Assembly: GCA_038231435.1 (NCBI GenBank)
Contig: JBBRLJ010000001.1
Coordinates: 256,001-320,000, forward strand
Direction of reading: 5' to 3'
Source of the DNA: Planctomycetota bacterium
GTDB lineage: Bacteria > Planctomycetota > UBA11346
Length of the DNA stretch: 64,000 nucleotides
Position 1 is the stretch's first letter; each line of letters opens with the position of its first letter. The translations under genes and the position numbers were made by a program. The notes beneath the pieces were generated by a model. The model was given only the letters and a program-made list of their open reading frames with translations, had not been told where the DNA came from and ran no database searches. Of this stretch, positions 18,329-29,665 are shown in pieces.

Positions 18329-19492
18329 CTATTCGGCCTCGGCCGATTCCGAGGCTCCGTCGCGATCGAACAACGTGAGATGCTCGACCGCTTCGTGCGA
18401 GGTGCCACCGCCGGCGAGCGAAGTGAAGAAGTCCTCGGTCAGGGCGTGGAAGGCGGCAGGATCGGCGATGCGGTGAAACCGGTCGCGGAAAGCGCGCACG
18501 CCGGGCAGGCCGTTGCAGTAGAAGAAGGTGTACTTGCGCATGACGCGCACCCCGCGCTGTTCGCCGAACAGGTCGAGGATCAGCCGGAAATGGCGCTCGA
18601 GCAGTCGCCGTCGCTCTTCGAGCGACGGCGTGTAGCGCTCGCCACCGGTGAGCTCGGCAAGCAGGTTGCGGAACAGCCAGGGATCGCCGCACGCCGCGCG
18701 CCCGATCTGGTAGCCGTCCGCGCCCGCCTCGTCCTTGGCCGCGCGGATGGCGGCGGCGGTATCCATGCTGCCGTTGGCGATCACCGGCACGGCGTCGCCG
18801 AGCGCGCGCTTGACCTCGGCGACGCCGCTGAGATCCACCGCCACACCATGCTTGCTCTCACCCGTCCGCGCGTGGACGAACACCGCGACCGCGCCGTTGT
18901 CCACCGCTTGGCGCGCGACCGCCACCATGTTGCGGTTCTCTGCGTCGTAGCCGAGGCGGATCTTCACCGTCACCGGCTTCGCGGTCGCCCCGACCATCGC
19001 CTTGACGATGCGACCTACCTGCTCGGGCTCGCGCATCAGCGCCACCCCGCAGCCCGACTGCTTGGCCTTCTTCACCGGGCATCCGCAGTTGAGATCGATG
19101 ATGTCCGCGCCGGCTTCATCGAGCGCGCGCGTCGTCATCGCGCACAACTCGGGATCCCGCCCGTACACCTGCATCGCCAGGGGTTTCTCCGCCGCCACGT
19201 TGCGCGTCAGCACCTGGAAGCGCTGGTCGTTGCCATGGGTCTGCCCGAGCGCCGCCACCATCTCGGTCGCGACCAGCCCGCAGCCGCCGACCTCCTTGGC
19301 GATCAGGCGGAACGCGACGTTGGTGAACCCCGCCATCGGCGCGAGGCACAGGTTGTTCTCGAGCCGCACCGAGCCGATCGACAACGGGTGGATGTAGCGC
19401 GACCCGTCGGCTCGCCCCTGCTCGGCGAGCCGGTGCGCCACATCCATGGCGCACGGCGACGACGCTACCTCGATTGGCTCACCTTCGGGCAT
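18329..19492 (-). CDS. dusB: tRNA-dihydrouridine synthase (DusB-like)
   Basis: LAPMAGFT, IDLNCGCP, VTVKIRLG, VHART, VIANG and IGRAACGDPWLF. Confidence 0.9.
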   Translation of the reverse strand: MPEGEPIEVASSPCAMDVAHRLAEQGRADGSRYIHPLSIGSVRLENNLCLAPMAGFTNVAFRLIAKEVGGCGLVATEMVAALGQTHGNDQRFQVLTRNVAAEKPLAMQVYGRDPELCAMTTRALDEAGADIIDLNCGCPVKKAKQSGCGVALMREPEQVGRIVKAMVGATAKPVTVKIRLGYDAENRNMVAVARQAVDNGAVAVFVHARTGESKHGVAVDLSGVAEVKRALGDAVPVIANGSMDTAAAIRAAKDEAGADGYQIGRAACGDPWLFRNLLAELTGGERYTPSLEERRRLLERHFRLILDLFGEQRGVRVMRKYTFFYCNGLPGVRAFRDRFHRIADPAAFHALTEDFFTSLAGGGTSHEAVEHLTLFDRDGASESAEAE

Positions 19493-19621
19493 CTCTGCAT
19501 GCTACCTCCGCTTCCCACCGGGAAACCGCTACCTGCGCGTTTTCTCGCCATCGACGCGCAGCGTCGTGGGCGGCACAGCCGCCGGGCGCGCAGCGCCCAT
19601 CGCCCGCCCATCTTCCAGCGG

Positions 19622-20665
19622 CTACCGCTGGAAGATGGGAAGATAGTTATTGGGGATCTGCAGGATGATCAGGGCCATGGAGGTCGCATAGACCGGTCCT
19701 GGCCCCTCCCCCTGCGTCCACATCCCGTCCTTGCCCTGGCGGCGCGCGATCACCGGCCACGCCTCCTTCCAGTACGTCTCCCAATCCTTCGGGTCCGGAC
19801 TGTGGAAGAGCGCCTGCGAGGTGTAGTACTGGCCGTACCAGAAATAGCCGTCGCCCGACTTCAGGTGCGCGGCGAAGTTCTTGCGCAGAAAGAGCAGTGC
19901 CGGCCCGAGCTGCCGATCCTTGAGATCGGTGACGCCGGAGCCGATCAGGCACATGCTACCCGCGGCGGTGCGCGGAACGCCCTCGGGCCCGGTGGTGCCC
20001 CAGCCCTCGCCGCCGTTCGAAGCCTGGTAGCCGAAGCTGCCGTTGCCATTCGCGCAGCGCCTGACGTAGGTCAGCGCCTTCTCCATGGTCTCCTTGGTCT
20101 GCGTTCCGCCGACGCCGGCGTTGAAGGCCGCGCGTAGCGCCATGATCTGGCAGATGGTCACGCTGATGTCGGCGTCGGTGGGCGACGGGCTGTAGCGCCA
20201 GCCGCCCTCCTTGTTCTGCGCGTAGTAGATGAGGTCGAGGGCCGCCTCGAGCGAACGGCGCACCGGCTGGTCGGGGGCCATGCCATAGCACTCGGCGAGA
20301 TAGAGCGTGGCGAAGCCGTGGGCGTACATGTTGCCCTGATCGCTCGACAGGTAGCCGGTGACCTTGTCCTGGCGCGAGATCACCGCACGCAGCGCCTTGG
20401 CGCTCGCCTCCTGGTATTGGCCGCGCGTCGGGGTGTGGCCGCCGGCGAGCAGGGCCATGCCCGCGAGCGCGGTGATGCCCGAGCCCTCGCTGAAGCTGCC
20501 GTCGCTCTGCTGCGCCTTGACCAGCGCCGCGAGCCCGCGGTCGACCACCTGGTCGGGGGTGATGGCGATCGGCGCTTCGTCCGCGCCGAACATCCCGGGG
20601 ACGCGGAACGAGGTCATCGCCGACATGATGAGCGCGACCATCATGATCTTCATGGGCGCTCTCAC
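19622..20665 (-). CDS. Secreted prenyltransferase/squalene-oxidase (QW) repeat protein
   Basis: Signal peptide; repeats QQSDGSF, QNKEGGWRY, ANGNGSFGY and QGKDGMW; NMYAHGFATLYLAE; C-terminal YLPIFQR. Confidence 0.85.
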   Translation of the reverse strand: MRAPMKIMMVALIMSAMTSFRVPGMFGADEAPIAITPDQVVDRGLAALVKAQQSDGSFSEGSGITALAGMALLAGGHTPTRGQYQEASAKALRAVISRQDKVTGYLSSDQGNMYAHGFATLYLAECYGMAPDQPVRRSLEAALDLIYYAQNKEGGWRYSPSPTDADISVTICQIMALRAAFNAGVGGTQTKETMEKALTYVRRCANGNGSFGYQASNGGEGWGTTGPEGVPRTAAGSMCLIGSGVTDLKDRQLGPALLFLRKNFAAHLKSGDGYFWYGQYYTSQALFHSPDPKDWETYWKEAWPVIARRQGKDGMWTQGEGPGPVYATSMALIILQIPNNYLPIFQR

Positions 20666-23600
20666 TTGCGCTCCTCGAGCAGTTCGAGATAGCGCTCGTA
20701 CAGCTGCAGCGCGCGCGGCGCCATGTTCTGCTCGCGCGCCTGCTTCAGCTGTTCGCGCCGCTCCTCGGGCAGGTCGAGGCGCAGGCCGCCGGCCTTCTGG
20801 TCAGTGGCGACCTCGGTGACTTCGCCGGTCGGCTTCTTGCCGGTCTTGTTGCCGCCACCAGCGCTGGCGCCGCCCTTGCCTTCGCCCGACTTCGGATCGC
20901 TCTTCTGTGCATCCGGCTGCTGATCCTGCGGCTTCTGGTCGGAGCGTGGCGGCGGCGGATTCCCGCTCCCGCCGCCGCCACCGCCCTTGGCTTCGGCGAG
21001 CAGGCGACGCAGCTCGGCCTCGGCGGTGAGCTGCTCGTGACGCGTGGTCAGACCGCGATCCTTCTGGCCGAGCAGCGCCGCAGCCGAGGCCATCGCTCGG
21101 CGCGAGCGCGACAGCAGCACGTTCGGTCGGCTGCCCGGCCGCGTGTGCGTCTCCATCGCTTCGACCAGGTCGCGCAGATCGCCTTCGCCCTTGGCCAGAT
21201 CGCCTGGGCGGTTCGCGTCGGTGAGCCGCGAGAGCTCCTCCTGCATGGCCGCGAGCAGGGCGATCTCGGCCTGGGCCGGGAATGGCGCCTGGTCGCCGCC
21301 GCCGCCGCCCTTGCCGCCGCCGCCGCCGCTGGGCGGTGACGGATGCTCGGCGATGTCGACCAGACGCGACAGTTCGGCGAGTGCAATCTTCTCAAGGCGC
21401 ATGCCCTTGTCGCCGAGCGCCGGCGTGGCCAGGTGCTCGGCGGCCTTGTCCATGCACGCGGCGACGCGATTGAGCGCCATGGTGGCGATCGGATTCTGCT
21501 CGAGCGGCTTGATCCCTTCCTCGCGCATGCGCAGCACGATGTCGGATTGGCGCTCTGCCATCGCGGCGATGGCGCGGGTCGAGGTGAAATCGAGCTCGTG
21601 GTCGCCGAGCTTCAAGTGCAGGATCGTCGCGTCTGCCACCAGGCCGGTCTGCAGGCCCAGGAGTTCGCGCAGGAGCGCAACCACGTCGGGCACCTTCGGC
21701 TTGTCCTTGTCCTTCTCCTTGTCCTTGTCCTTCGAATCGCCGCCGAGCTTCTTCTGCGCCTCGCGCAGCAGGTTCGCGGCGGTGGCGGCGTCTCGGCCGG
21801 CGGCCGGGCGATCGCCCTCGGACATGCCCTTCTGGGCCGAAGCCGCCGCCGCTCCGGCCGCAGCCACCGCTTTGCCCGCGTCGGGATCGCGCTTCCCGGC
21901 TTCCTCCTCGACGCGCTTCATCTGCTCCTCGAGCTCCTTCTCACGCTTCTCGAGCTCTTGCGGCCGGGTGCCGGATTCGAGCTCCTTGACCACCGCCTCC
22001 TGCTTGGCCGCGAGATCGCCGATGCGATCGGCGAGATCACCGGCGGCGTCGCCGCCGCGCAGCGCCTCGAGCAGTTTCTTCAAGGTCTCGAGCGTCGCCT
22101 TCTGGGTCTCGACCGCGCGCGCGCGATCCTTGGTCGAGGCGATGTCGCCAGCGGCCTGCGTCAGGCGATCGCCCGAGGGCTCGGCGCGCACCAGCGCCTT
22201 GGCCGCGTCGAGCTGGGCCGAGGCGCCGGCGAGCACGTCGCGCTCGAGCTCCTTGACCTCGTCGGCGACACCGCGCTGGCGGTCGGCGATGTTCGCCTGG
22301 CGGGTCTTCGCAGGCGCGTCGATCGGCTTGGTCAGGTACTCGAGCACGAAGGCGCGGCTCTCGTCATTGAGGTTGTTCTGCTTGGCGATGAGGTCTGCGA
22401 GCCGGCGGGTGAGGTTGCCCTCTTGCAGGAGCGAACCGAGCAGCTTCTCCACCTGGGCGAGCGCGGTATCGGCCTCGCGCGCCGGGGCGTCACCACCGCC
22501 ATTCGCGGCTTCACCGAGCTTCGGCGTCGCTGGCGAGCGCACCAGCTCGCCAGCCTTCACCGCCGGCGCGATCTGCTCGGCGGGAAGACGGTTCTCGCCC
22601 CAGCGGCGCACCACCTGGGCGACCAGCTCGCCACACTTGGCGGTGGCGATGCCAGCGCCACGCGCCGCGCCCGCAAGCTTGTCCGGCTTCGCCAAGCCGG
22701 ATCCGAGCTCCTCGCGAGCCTGCGACGCGCGCTCGCGGGCCTCGGCCAGCAAACGGTCGAGTTCCTGCCGCAGGGCCTCGTCGGTGACTACCCGCAGGAG
22801 GACCGGCGCCGAGCTGGTCTCGCCGGGCCCGGTGACATCGTTGGTGTCGCGGGCCCAGCCGGTGAGCGACAGCTGCTCGCCGAGCGCAGCGAGCTTGCCG
22901 ATCTCGACCTCGGAACGGCGGCTGGTGGTGGCGCTGCCGGCGGCATCGGCGAACGCGGCCAGCGTGCGCGGCGGCGATGCGGGTGAGGCCGGAGCCGCGA
23001 CCTCGTCGTTACCAGCGGCCTCAGCAGGGCGCGCCGCCAGCACTTGGCCGCGCAGCTCCAGGGCGCCGAGCGCGTAGTCGTCGCTGGCGTCGATGGCGAC
23101 GCCGACCACCGCGCGCGTGCTCACCGCCTCATTGCCGGCCGGCCCGTCGAGCGCCACCACCGGCGCGCGATCCTCGGCGCGCGCGATCGCGAACACCGCT
23201 GGCGGATCCAGGGCGATGCCGTCCTGGTCCTCGGCACCGACGATCAGCTGCGAGCCGCCGCTGGCGGCCACCACGATCGAACCGGAGATCCCGCGATCGG
23301 TGCGCTTGACCGCCACCGGCTTCGCGGCATCGGCTGCGTCCGCGCCATGCATGGACGCGCTCGCTCGCACGATGGCGCGGCCGGGTTCGGTGGCGAAGGC
23401 GATCGCGAAGTCGATGCGGCTCCCGGGCAGGGCGGTGCACGACAGCGTCTCGAGCTGCTGAGCGGGTTGTTTCGAATAAGCCGGCGGAGTCAGCGTCGCG
23501 GTCACGCGCTCGAGCGACGGCCTGGTCACCGAGCGCCCCTCGAGCACCAGCGGCACGCCGTCGCCGGATTCGACGGTGATGCGGTAGCGTCCCGGCGGGA

Positions 23601-24342
23601 GCGCCGGCAGCGGCGCCTGCCAGGCGTTGCCGCGCAGGCCGGCGAGCTGACGCGATTCGGCGTGGCCGCCGTCGAGCGGCTGCCAGGTGACGGTGACCGG
23701 CGCCTGGTAGTCGGAGTCGTCGCGGCCGCCGCGCCAGTGGTGGCGTTCGATCGCCAGCATCATCTTGCGGTCGCTGGCGACCACGGCGGGCTCGAGGTGC
23801 CCTGAGATGGTGGTGCCGCGCGCCCATTCGGCCGAGCCGAGCGGCAGGAAGAGCCGGGCGAAGGCGTCGTGCGCGAAGCGCGGGAAGATCACGCCGATGA
23901 GCGCGACCGCCAGCAGCGCCGAGCCGGCGAGCGCGAGCCAGCGCGGCAGGCCGGGGGCCGGGACCAGCGCGTCGGCCGCGCCCGCGGTCAGGGCCGCCGA
24001 CAGGGCGCCGTCCTCGGCGCCGAGCGCGATGCCATCGACCACGGTGAGCAGGCGGCCGTCGAGGGCGGGCAGGCGGCGTTCGACGAATTGCGCGAGCGCA
24101 CGATCGTCCATCGCGCGTCCGAGCGGACGCACCAGGCGCGCGCGCGCGAGCCAGACGATCGCTGCTAGCAGGGAGAGCAGGGCGACGAAGCGGAACCAGC
24201 CGGGCGTGGGCCAGGCGAAATCGGCGGCGACCACCACCGCGGCGATGCCGAGCGCCAGCGCTACCACGCGCGCCACGCCCTCGAGCACCACCGCACGGCG
24301 CAGGCGGCCGCGGACCTGATCGAGGAATCCACCTGCGTCCAT
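20662..24342 (-). CDS. Large membrane-anchored coiled-coil protein (DUF4175-like), MoxR-associated
   Basis: Three N-terminal TM segments, Ig-like TPPAY and DRAPVV...DDYAL region, long coiled coil and C-terminal ...ERYLELL; GGAGG RBS; coupled to the QW-repeat gene. Confidence 0.75.
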   Translation of the reverse strand: MDAGGFLDQVRGRLRRAVVLEGVARVVALALGIAAVVVAADFAWPTPGWFRFVALLSLLAAIVWLARARLVRPLGRAMDDRALAQFVERRLPALDGRLLTVVDGIALGAEDGALSAALTAGAADALVPAPGLPRWLALAGSALLAVALIGVIFPRFAHDAFARLFLPLGSAEWARGTTISGHLEPAVVASDRKMMLAIERHHWRGGRDDSDYQAPVTVTWQPLDGGHAESRQLAGLRGNAWQAPLPALPPGRYRITVESGDGVPLVLEGRSVTRPSLERVTATLTPPAYSKQPAQQLETLSCTALPGSRIDFAIAFATEPGRAIVRASASMHGADAADAAKPVAVKRTDRGISGSIVVAASGGSQLIVGAEDQDGIALDPPAVFAIARAEDRAPVVALDGPAGNEAVSTRAVVGVAIDASDDYALGALELRGQVLAARPAEAAGNDEVAAPASPASPPRTLAAFADAAGSATTSRRSEVEIGKLAALGEQLSLTGWARDTNDVTGPGETSSAPVLLRVVTDEALRQELDRLLAEARERASQAREELGSGLAKPDKLAGAARGAGIATAKCGELVAQVVRRWGENRLPAEQIAPAVKAGELVRSPATPKLGEAANGGGDAPAREADTALAQVEKLLGSLLQEGNLTRRLADLIAKQNNLNDESRAFVLEYLTKPIDAPAKTRQANIADRQRGVADEVKELERDVLAGASAQLDAAKALVRAEPSGDRLTQAAGDIASTKDRARAVETQKATLETLKKLLEALRGGDAAGDLADRIGDLAAKQEAVVKELESGTRPQELEKREKELEEQMKRVEEEAGKRDPDAGKAVAAAGAAAASAQKGMSEGDRPAAGRDAATAANLLREAQKKLGGDSKDKDKEKDKDKPKVPDVVALLRELLGLQTGLVADATILHLKLGDHELDFTSTRAIAAMAERQSDIVLRMREEGIKPLEQNPIATMALNRVAACMDKAAEHLATPALGDKGMRLEKIALAELSRLVDIAEHPSPPSGGGGGKGGGGGDQAPFPAQAEIALLAAMQEELSRLTDANRPGDLAKGEGDLRDLVEAMETHTRPGSRPNVLLSRSRRAMASAAALLGQKDRGLTTRHEQLTAEAELRRLLAEAKGGGGGGSGNPPPPRSDQKPQDQQPDAQKSDPKSGEGKGGASAGGGNKTGKKPTGEVTEVATDQKAGGLRLDLPEERREQLKQAREQNMAPRALQLYERYLELLEERK

Positions 24343-24629
24343 ATTGCCTCCGACTGTAGGCAACCACCCCTGGCCGACAAACGCGAAAGAGCGGTCCGCC
24401 CCGGGACATGTTCAGCGAGCTGCGTGCCGATGGCCTCGGCGGTCGAGCCCATGCCGATGTTCCGAGCTTTTCTTCCAACCGCCAGACAGCGGGGCTGCTC
24501 ACCGCTTGCGCACGCCCCCTCGCGACTGCCCGGCAGCCCTGCACGCCGCACGCCGTGCGCCGCACGTCGAGGGCTGTCTTGCCATCCACCCCGACGCGAC
24601 CATCCTGACCGGCCGCCCAGGAGCCGCCC

Positions 24630-25658
<1,029 letters not shown>

Positions 25659-25687
25659 TCCCTCTACCGGGACACGCAACCGGGATG

Positions 25688-25778
25688 ATCCGCCCACGCT
25701 ATCGCCAGTCCTCTGGCGAAACCGCTCAGCGACGCAACCGGTAGGGTAGGCCGGAAGGCCGTAGGGTCGAAGCCCCTG
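25688..25778 (+). repeat. Intergenic element family B, copy 1
   Basis: atccgcccacg...gtagggtaggcc-ggaa-ggccgtagggtcgaagcccctg aligns with 40247-40337. Confidence 0.7.
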
Positions 25779-25857
25779 GACAGTACGTTTCCGGTACGCT
25801 TGAAATCCGAGCTTGCGCGCCAAGGTGGCCGCTCTCCACCCGCACCGGAGCACCGCG

Positions 25858-26364
25858 ATGACCATCCGATCCAACAACGTGACCGAACGCATCCCCAGCG
25901 GCGGGCACAAATCCCTCGAGTCTGCTGGACCGGTGATCCTCGCGCTGTCGCGCATGGTCGCCGACACCTACGTCCTCGCGCTCAAGACCCAGGGCTTCCA
26001 CTGGAACGTGCGCGGCATGCATTTCTTCGAGCTGCACAAGGCCTTCGAGGGTCAGTATGACGCGCTACACGAGGCCGTCGACGAGCTCGCCGAACGCATC
26101 CGCGCGCTCGGCGCGACGGCGCCGGCAACCTTTGCAGAATTCCTCCAGCTCACCGCGCTGCACGAAGCCCGCCAGCAGGATAAGCTCAGCGCCTCCGACA
26201 TGGTCGGCACGCTCGCGCAAGACCACCGCGCGCTCGAACACCGCTCGCGCGAGGCGCTGCGCACCGCCCAGGCGGCCGGAGACGAGGCGACCGCCGATAT
26301 GCTCATCGGACGCATGGAGTCTCACGACAAGACCGCGTGGATGCTGGACAGCTGGCTGCAGTAG
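25858..26364 (+). CDS. dps: DNA starvation/stationary-phase protection protein Dps
   Basis: KTQGFHWNVRG.HFFELH..FE.QY, VDELAERIRALG and HDKTAWML. Confidence 0.95.
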   Translation: MTIRSNNVTERIPSGGHKSLESAGPVILALSRMVADTYVLALKTQGFHWNVRGMHFFELHKAFEGQYDALHEAVDELAERIRALGATAPATFAEFLQLTALHEARQQDKLSASDMVGTLAQDHRALEHRSREALRTAQAAGDEATADMLIGRMESHDKTAWMLDSWLQ

Positions 26365-26420
26365 AAGCGTGTGGTGGGTGGTTCTGAGTCCCTCTAAACA
26401 CCACACACCAACCACTTCTA
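26362..26420. repeat. Imperfect inverted repeat (family C) bounded by the dps TAG and the manC stop
   Basis: tagaagcgtgtggtgggtggtt... pairs with ...aaacaccacacaccaaccacttcta. Confidence 0.75.
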
Positions 26421-27494
26421 AAGCAATTCTCCCCGGCCGCTCGCCTTGAGCTGCTCGACCACCTGCTTGACCTGCTGGCTCTTGCCCTTGGGCACCACCA
26501 GGATGGCGTCGCGGGTGGCGACGATGCTCAGGTGTTCGAGCCCGATGCCGGCGAGCAGCTGGCCGGTCTCGGAGACCATGAGGCAGTCCGCGCAATCGAT
26601 CGCGACCACGTCGCCGCGCGCGATCACGCCCTTGGCGTCGGGCGGCAGGTGGTCGTAGAGCGAATCCCAGCTGCCGACGTCATCCCAGGTGAACTCACCG
26701 GTGACCACGCAGATGTTGGCGGCCTTCTCCATCAGCGCGTAATCGATGCTGATCTTCTTCAGCGGCTGATAGATGGCGTTGAGCTCGGCGGCGAAGCGCG
26801 GCGTGCCCCACGAGTTCGCGAGCGGAGCCAGGGCCTCGGTCAGCCACGAGGTGTGCTTGGCCAGCTCGGCGAGCACGGTGTCGGATCGCCAGGTGAAGAT
26901 GCCCGAGTTCCAGCGATAGCCGCCGGTCTCGATGTAGCGCCGCGCGGTGGCCTCGTCCGGCTTCTCGACGAAGCGCTCGACGCGGTTGACGACCACTCCA
27001 TCCACGTCCGGCCGGCGCTCGGCGAGCTTCACGTAGCCGTATCCGGTCGACGGGAAGCGCGGCGGGATGCCGTAGGTGACGAGATTGCCGTCGCGCGCGA
27101 CCGAGACGCCGGCGGCGAGCGCCTTCTGAAAGCTGTCGACCGGCGAGATGGTCTGGTCGGCGGGCAGCAGGATCATCGTCGAGCCCGGGGACATGCGCTC
27201 GATCACGATCTCGGCCAGGCACACGCACGCGGCGGTGTCTCGGCCGACCGGCTCGGCGATGACGTGGTCGGGCTTCAGCATCGGCAGCTGGCGCCGTGTC
27301 TCGTCGGCGAGCGCGGCGGTGGTGATCACCAGCACGCGCTCGGGCGGGATCAGCGGCTGGAGGCGGGCGACCGTCGCCTGGATCATCGTCGATTCGCCGA
27401 CGATGCGCACCAGCTGCTTGGGAAAGGCGTTGCGGCTGACCGGCCAGAAGCGCGTGCCGGAGCCTCCGGCCATGATGACGGCATAGGTGGTCAT
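26418..27494 (-). CDS. manC: Mannose-1-phosphate guanylyltransferase
   Basis: IMAGGSGTRFWPVSR...PKQ, EPVGRDTA, FVEKPD, WNSGIF, ISIDYALMEK and WDDVGSW. Confidence 0.93.
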   Translation of the reverse strand: MTTYAVIMAGGSGTRFWPVSRNAFPKQLVRIVGESTMIQATVARLQPLIPPERVLVITTAALADETRRQLPMLKPDHVIAEPVGRDTAACVCLAEIVIERMSPGSTMILLPADQTISPVDSFQKALAAGVSVARDGNLVTYGIPPRFPSTGYGYVKLAERRPDVDGVVVNRVERFVEKPDEATARRYIETGGYRWNSGIFTWRSDTVLAELAKHTSWLTEALAPLANSWGTPRFAAELNAIYQPLKKISIDYALMEKAANICVVTGEFTWDDVGSWDSLYDHLPPDAKGVIARGDVVAIDCADCLMVSETGQLLAGIGLEHLSIVATRDAILVVPKGKSQQVKQVVEQLKASGRGELL

Positions 27495-27562
27495 GTGTCG
27501 TCGTCCCGAAGCGGCCGCGTGGATGGGATCATGAGGCGGATTGCTCGCTCATGGCGGGCACC

Positions 27563-27603
27563 TTCGACCATCAACCATGCACCATCAACCACAAACCATG
27601 AAC
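27563..27603. repeat. 7-bp-periodic repeat (accatca/accatgc-type)
   Basis: accttcg accatca accatgc accatca accacaa accatga ac between the DUF58 gene and manC. Confidence 0.65.
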
Positions 27604-27606
27604 GCA

Positions 27607-28512
27607 TCAGCGCTTATCGGCGTGCAACGCCACCAGCAGGCGGTTCAGCGGCAGGTGCACGGCCTCGCTGGTCTGGCATTCGACGAAGGCGCACTTGCGG
27701 CTGCGGCAGGTCTTCTGCAATTCGAGACGGTGCTTGGCGACTTCCTCGACGTAGGCGGCGCGCAGCGCGCGGGGTTCGGCGGTGAGCGTGCCGTCGCCCT
27801 CGAGGCCGTCGAAGCGGCTGACCGTGGCGACGCCGAGATCGGCCTCGTCGGGGTCGAGCACCCACACCAGCGCGCAATCGTGGCCGCGATGGCGCAGACG
27901 GTCCACCGCGGCGCCGATCGCCTGGGGATCGGCGATGAAGTCCGAGATCAGCACCACCGAGCCCTTGCGCGTGGACGGCGCCATCAGGTGCTCGAGGCCC
28001 TTGAGCGCATCGGTGCCGCCGGTCGGGACGTGGCCTTCGAGCGCGCGGCAGATGCGTTCGAGCTGGGCCTGGTGGGCCGGCTTGTGCTCGACCGCGGCCT
28101 TCTCGTGGAAGAGGATCAGGCCAGCACGGTCCTGCTGCCCGAGCACCAGGTACGACAGCGAGGCGGCGAGGATGGACGCGTAGCGGTACTTGGTCATCGG
28201 CGCGCGCTCGCCCTGGTACGCCATGCTCGCGGAGCCGTCGACCGCGAGCGTGCAGCCGAGATCTGTCTCGGCCTCGTAGCGCTTGAGCACCAGGCGGTCG
28301 CTGCGGCCGAGCACCTTCCAGTCGAGGTGGCGGATGTCGTCGCCGGCGACGTACTGGCGGTGGTCGGCGAAATCCACCGAGTGGCCCTTGTGCGGGCTGC
28401 GGTGAGCGCCGGTCTGCACGCCCTCGACCACGATCCGAGCCGCCACTTCCAGGCTGTGCAGCTTGGCGAGCTCGGCCGGGCTGATCAGCGGCGAGGCGGT
28501 TGCGTGGAGCAT
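27607..28512 (-). CDS. DUF58 domain protein (MoxR partner)
   Basis: GAHRSPHKGHSVDFADHRQYVAGDDIRHLDWK, VDGSASM, DRAGL and VLISDF. Confidence 0.93.
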   Translation of the reverse strand: MLHATASPLISPAELAKLHSLEVAARIVVEGVQTGAHRSPHKGHSVDFADHRQYVAGDDIRHLDWKVLGRSDRLVLKRYEAETDLGCTLAVDGSASMAYQGERAPMTKYRYASILAASLSYLVLGQQDRAGLILFHEKAAVEHKPAHQAQLERICRALEGHVPTGGTDALKGLEHLMAPSTRKGSVVLISDFIADPQAIGAAVDRLRHRGHDCALVWVLDPDEADLGVATVSRFDGLEGDGTLTAEPRALRAAYVEEVAKHRLELQKTCRSRKCAFVECQTSEAVHLPLNRLLVALHADKR

Positions 28513-28684
28513 GGGCGCAGGATCGCCGCGCGTGCGCAGGAGACAAGCCCAGAGACGCTCGCGGCTCCGCAAAATCCTCATACCAGCGGCGGACGCCCGG
28601 GGTCCACCCGAACGTCCCGATTGCCCCACCCTGCCCCCCTCCTACAACCTCCGCCTCAACCAACGACTTCCCTCAGGAACACGC

Positions 28685-29632
28685 ATGTCCAGCTTCATCG
28701 TCGAGCGCCTCAACCCCAACTTCGGCTACTTCTACACTCGCGGGAAGTCCCTCCATCAGGGCAAGACCAAGTGGCAGAACATGGAGATCGTCGAGTCGAG
28801 CGAGTTCGGCAACGTGCTGCTGCTCGACGGCGTCACCCAGGTGACGAGCAAGAATGAATTCCTCTACCACGAGCCGATGGTGCACCCGGCCTTGACCAGC
28901 CACCCGGATCCCAAGGACGTGCTGATCATCGGCGCTGGCGACGGCGGCATCCTGCGCGAAGTCCTGAAGCACCCCGTCGACAAGGCGGTGATGGCCGAAC
29001 TCGATGGCGGCGTGGTCGACTTCTGCGACCGCCTGATGCCCGAGATCAACGCCGGCGCGTTCAAGGACAAGCGCTACCGCCTCGAGGTTGGCGACGGCCG
29101 CAAGTTCGTCGAGTCGACGAAGGAGAAGTTCGACGCCGTGATCATGGACATGACCGATCCGTTCGGCCCGTCGGTGATGCTCTACACCAAGGAGTTCTTC
29201 CAGCACGTGAAGGCGACGTTCAAGGACGAGCGGGCGATGTTCGTCATGCACACCGAGAGCCCGATCTCGCGCCCGAACACCTTCAAGCAGTGCCACCACA
29301 CCCTGTCGCAGGTGTTCAAGTTCCGCCGCACCTTCTACCTGTACATCCACATGTACGCGGTGCTGTGGTCGATCACGGTGTGCTCGGACACCACCGACGT
29401 CGCGACCATCAGCCCGGTCGAGCTGGGCAACCGCCTCGCGGCGCGCAAGATCGGCAACCTCAAGGCCTACACCCCGCAGACCCACCACTCGATGCTGGCC
29501 GAATTCCCATTCATCGGCGACCTGCTCAAGGACATGAAGTCCGTGCCGGTGATCACCGACAAGAATCCCAAGGTGCTCGACGACATCGACATCAACCGCG
29601 GCGCTCTCGAGATGAAGGAAGTGAAGGGCTGA
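28685..29632 (+). CDS. speE: Polyamine aminopropyltransferase (spermidine synthase)
   Basis: LLLDGVTQ, YHEPMVHP, LIIGAGDGG and IMDMTDP; AGGA RBS. Confidence 0.9.
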   Translation: MSSFIVERLNPNFGYFYTRGKSLHQGKTKWQNMEIVESSEFGNVLLLDGVTQVTSKNEFLYHEPMVHPALTSHPDPKDVLIIGAGDGGILREVLKHPVDKAVMAELDGGVVDFCDRLMPEINAGAFKDKRYRLEVGDGRKFVESTKEKFDAVIMDMTDPFGPSVMLYTKEFFQHVKATFKDERAMFVMHTESPISRPNTFKQCHHTLSQVFKFRRTFYLYIHMYAVLWSITVCSDTTDVATISPVELGNRLAARKIGNLKAYTPQTHHSMLAEFPFIGDLLKDMKSVPVITDKNPKVLDDIDINRGALEMKEVKG

Positions 29633-29665
29633 CGCCGGCCATCACCGCGTTAGGCTTAACCGACC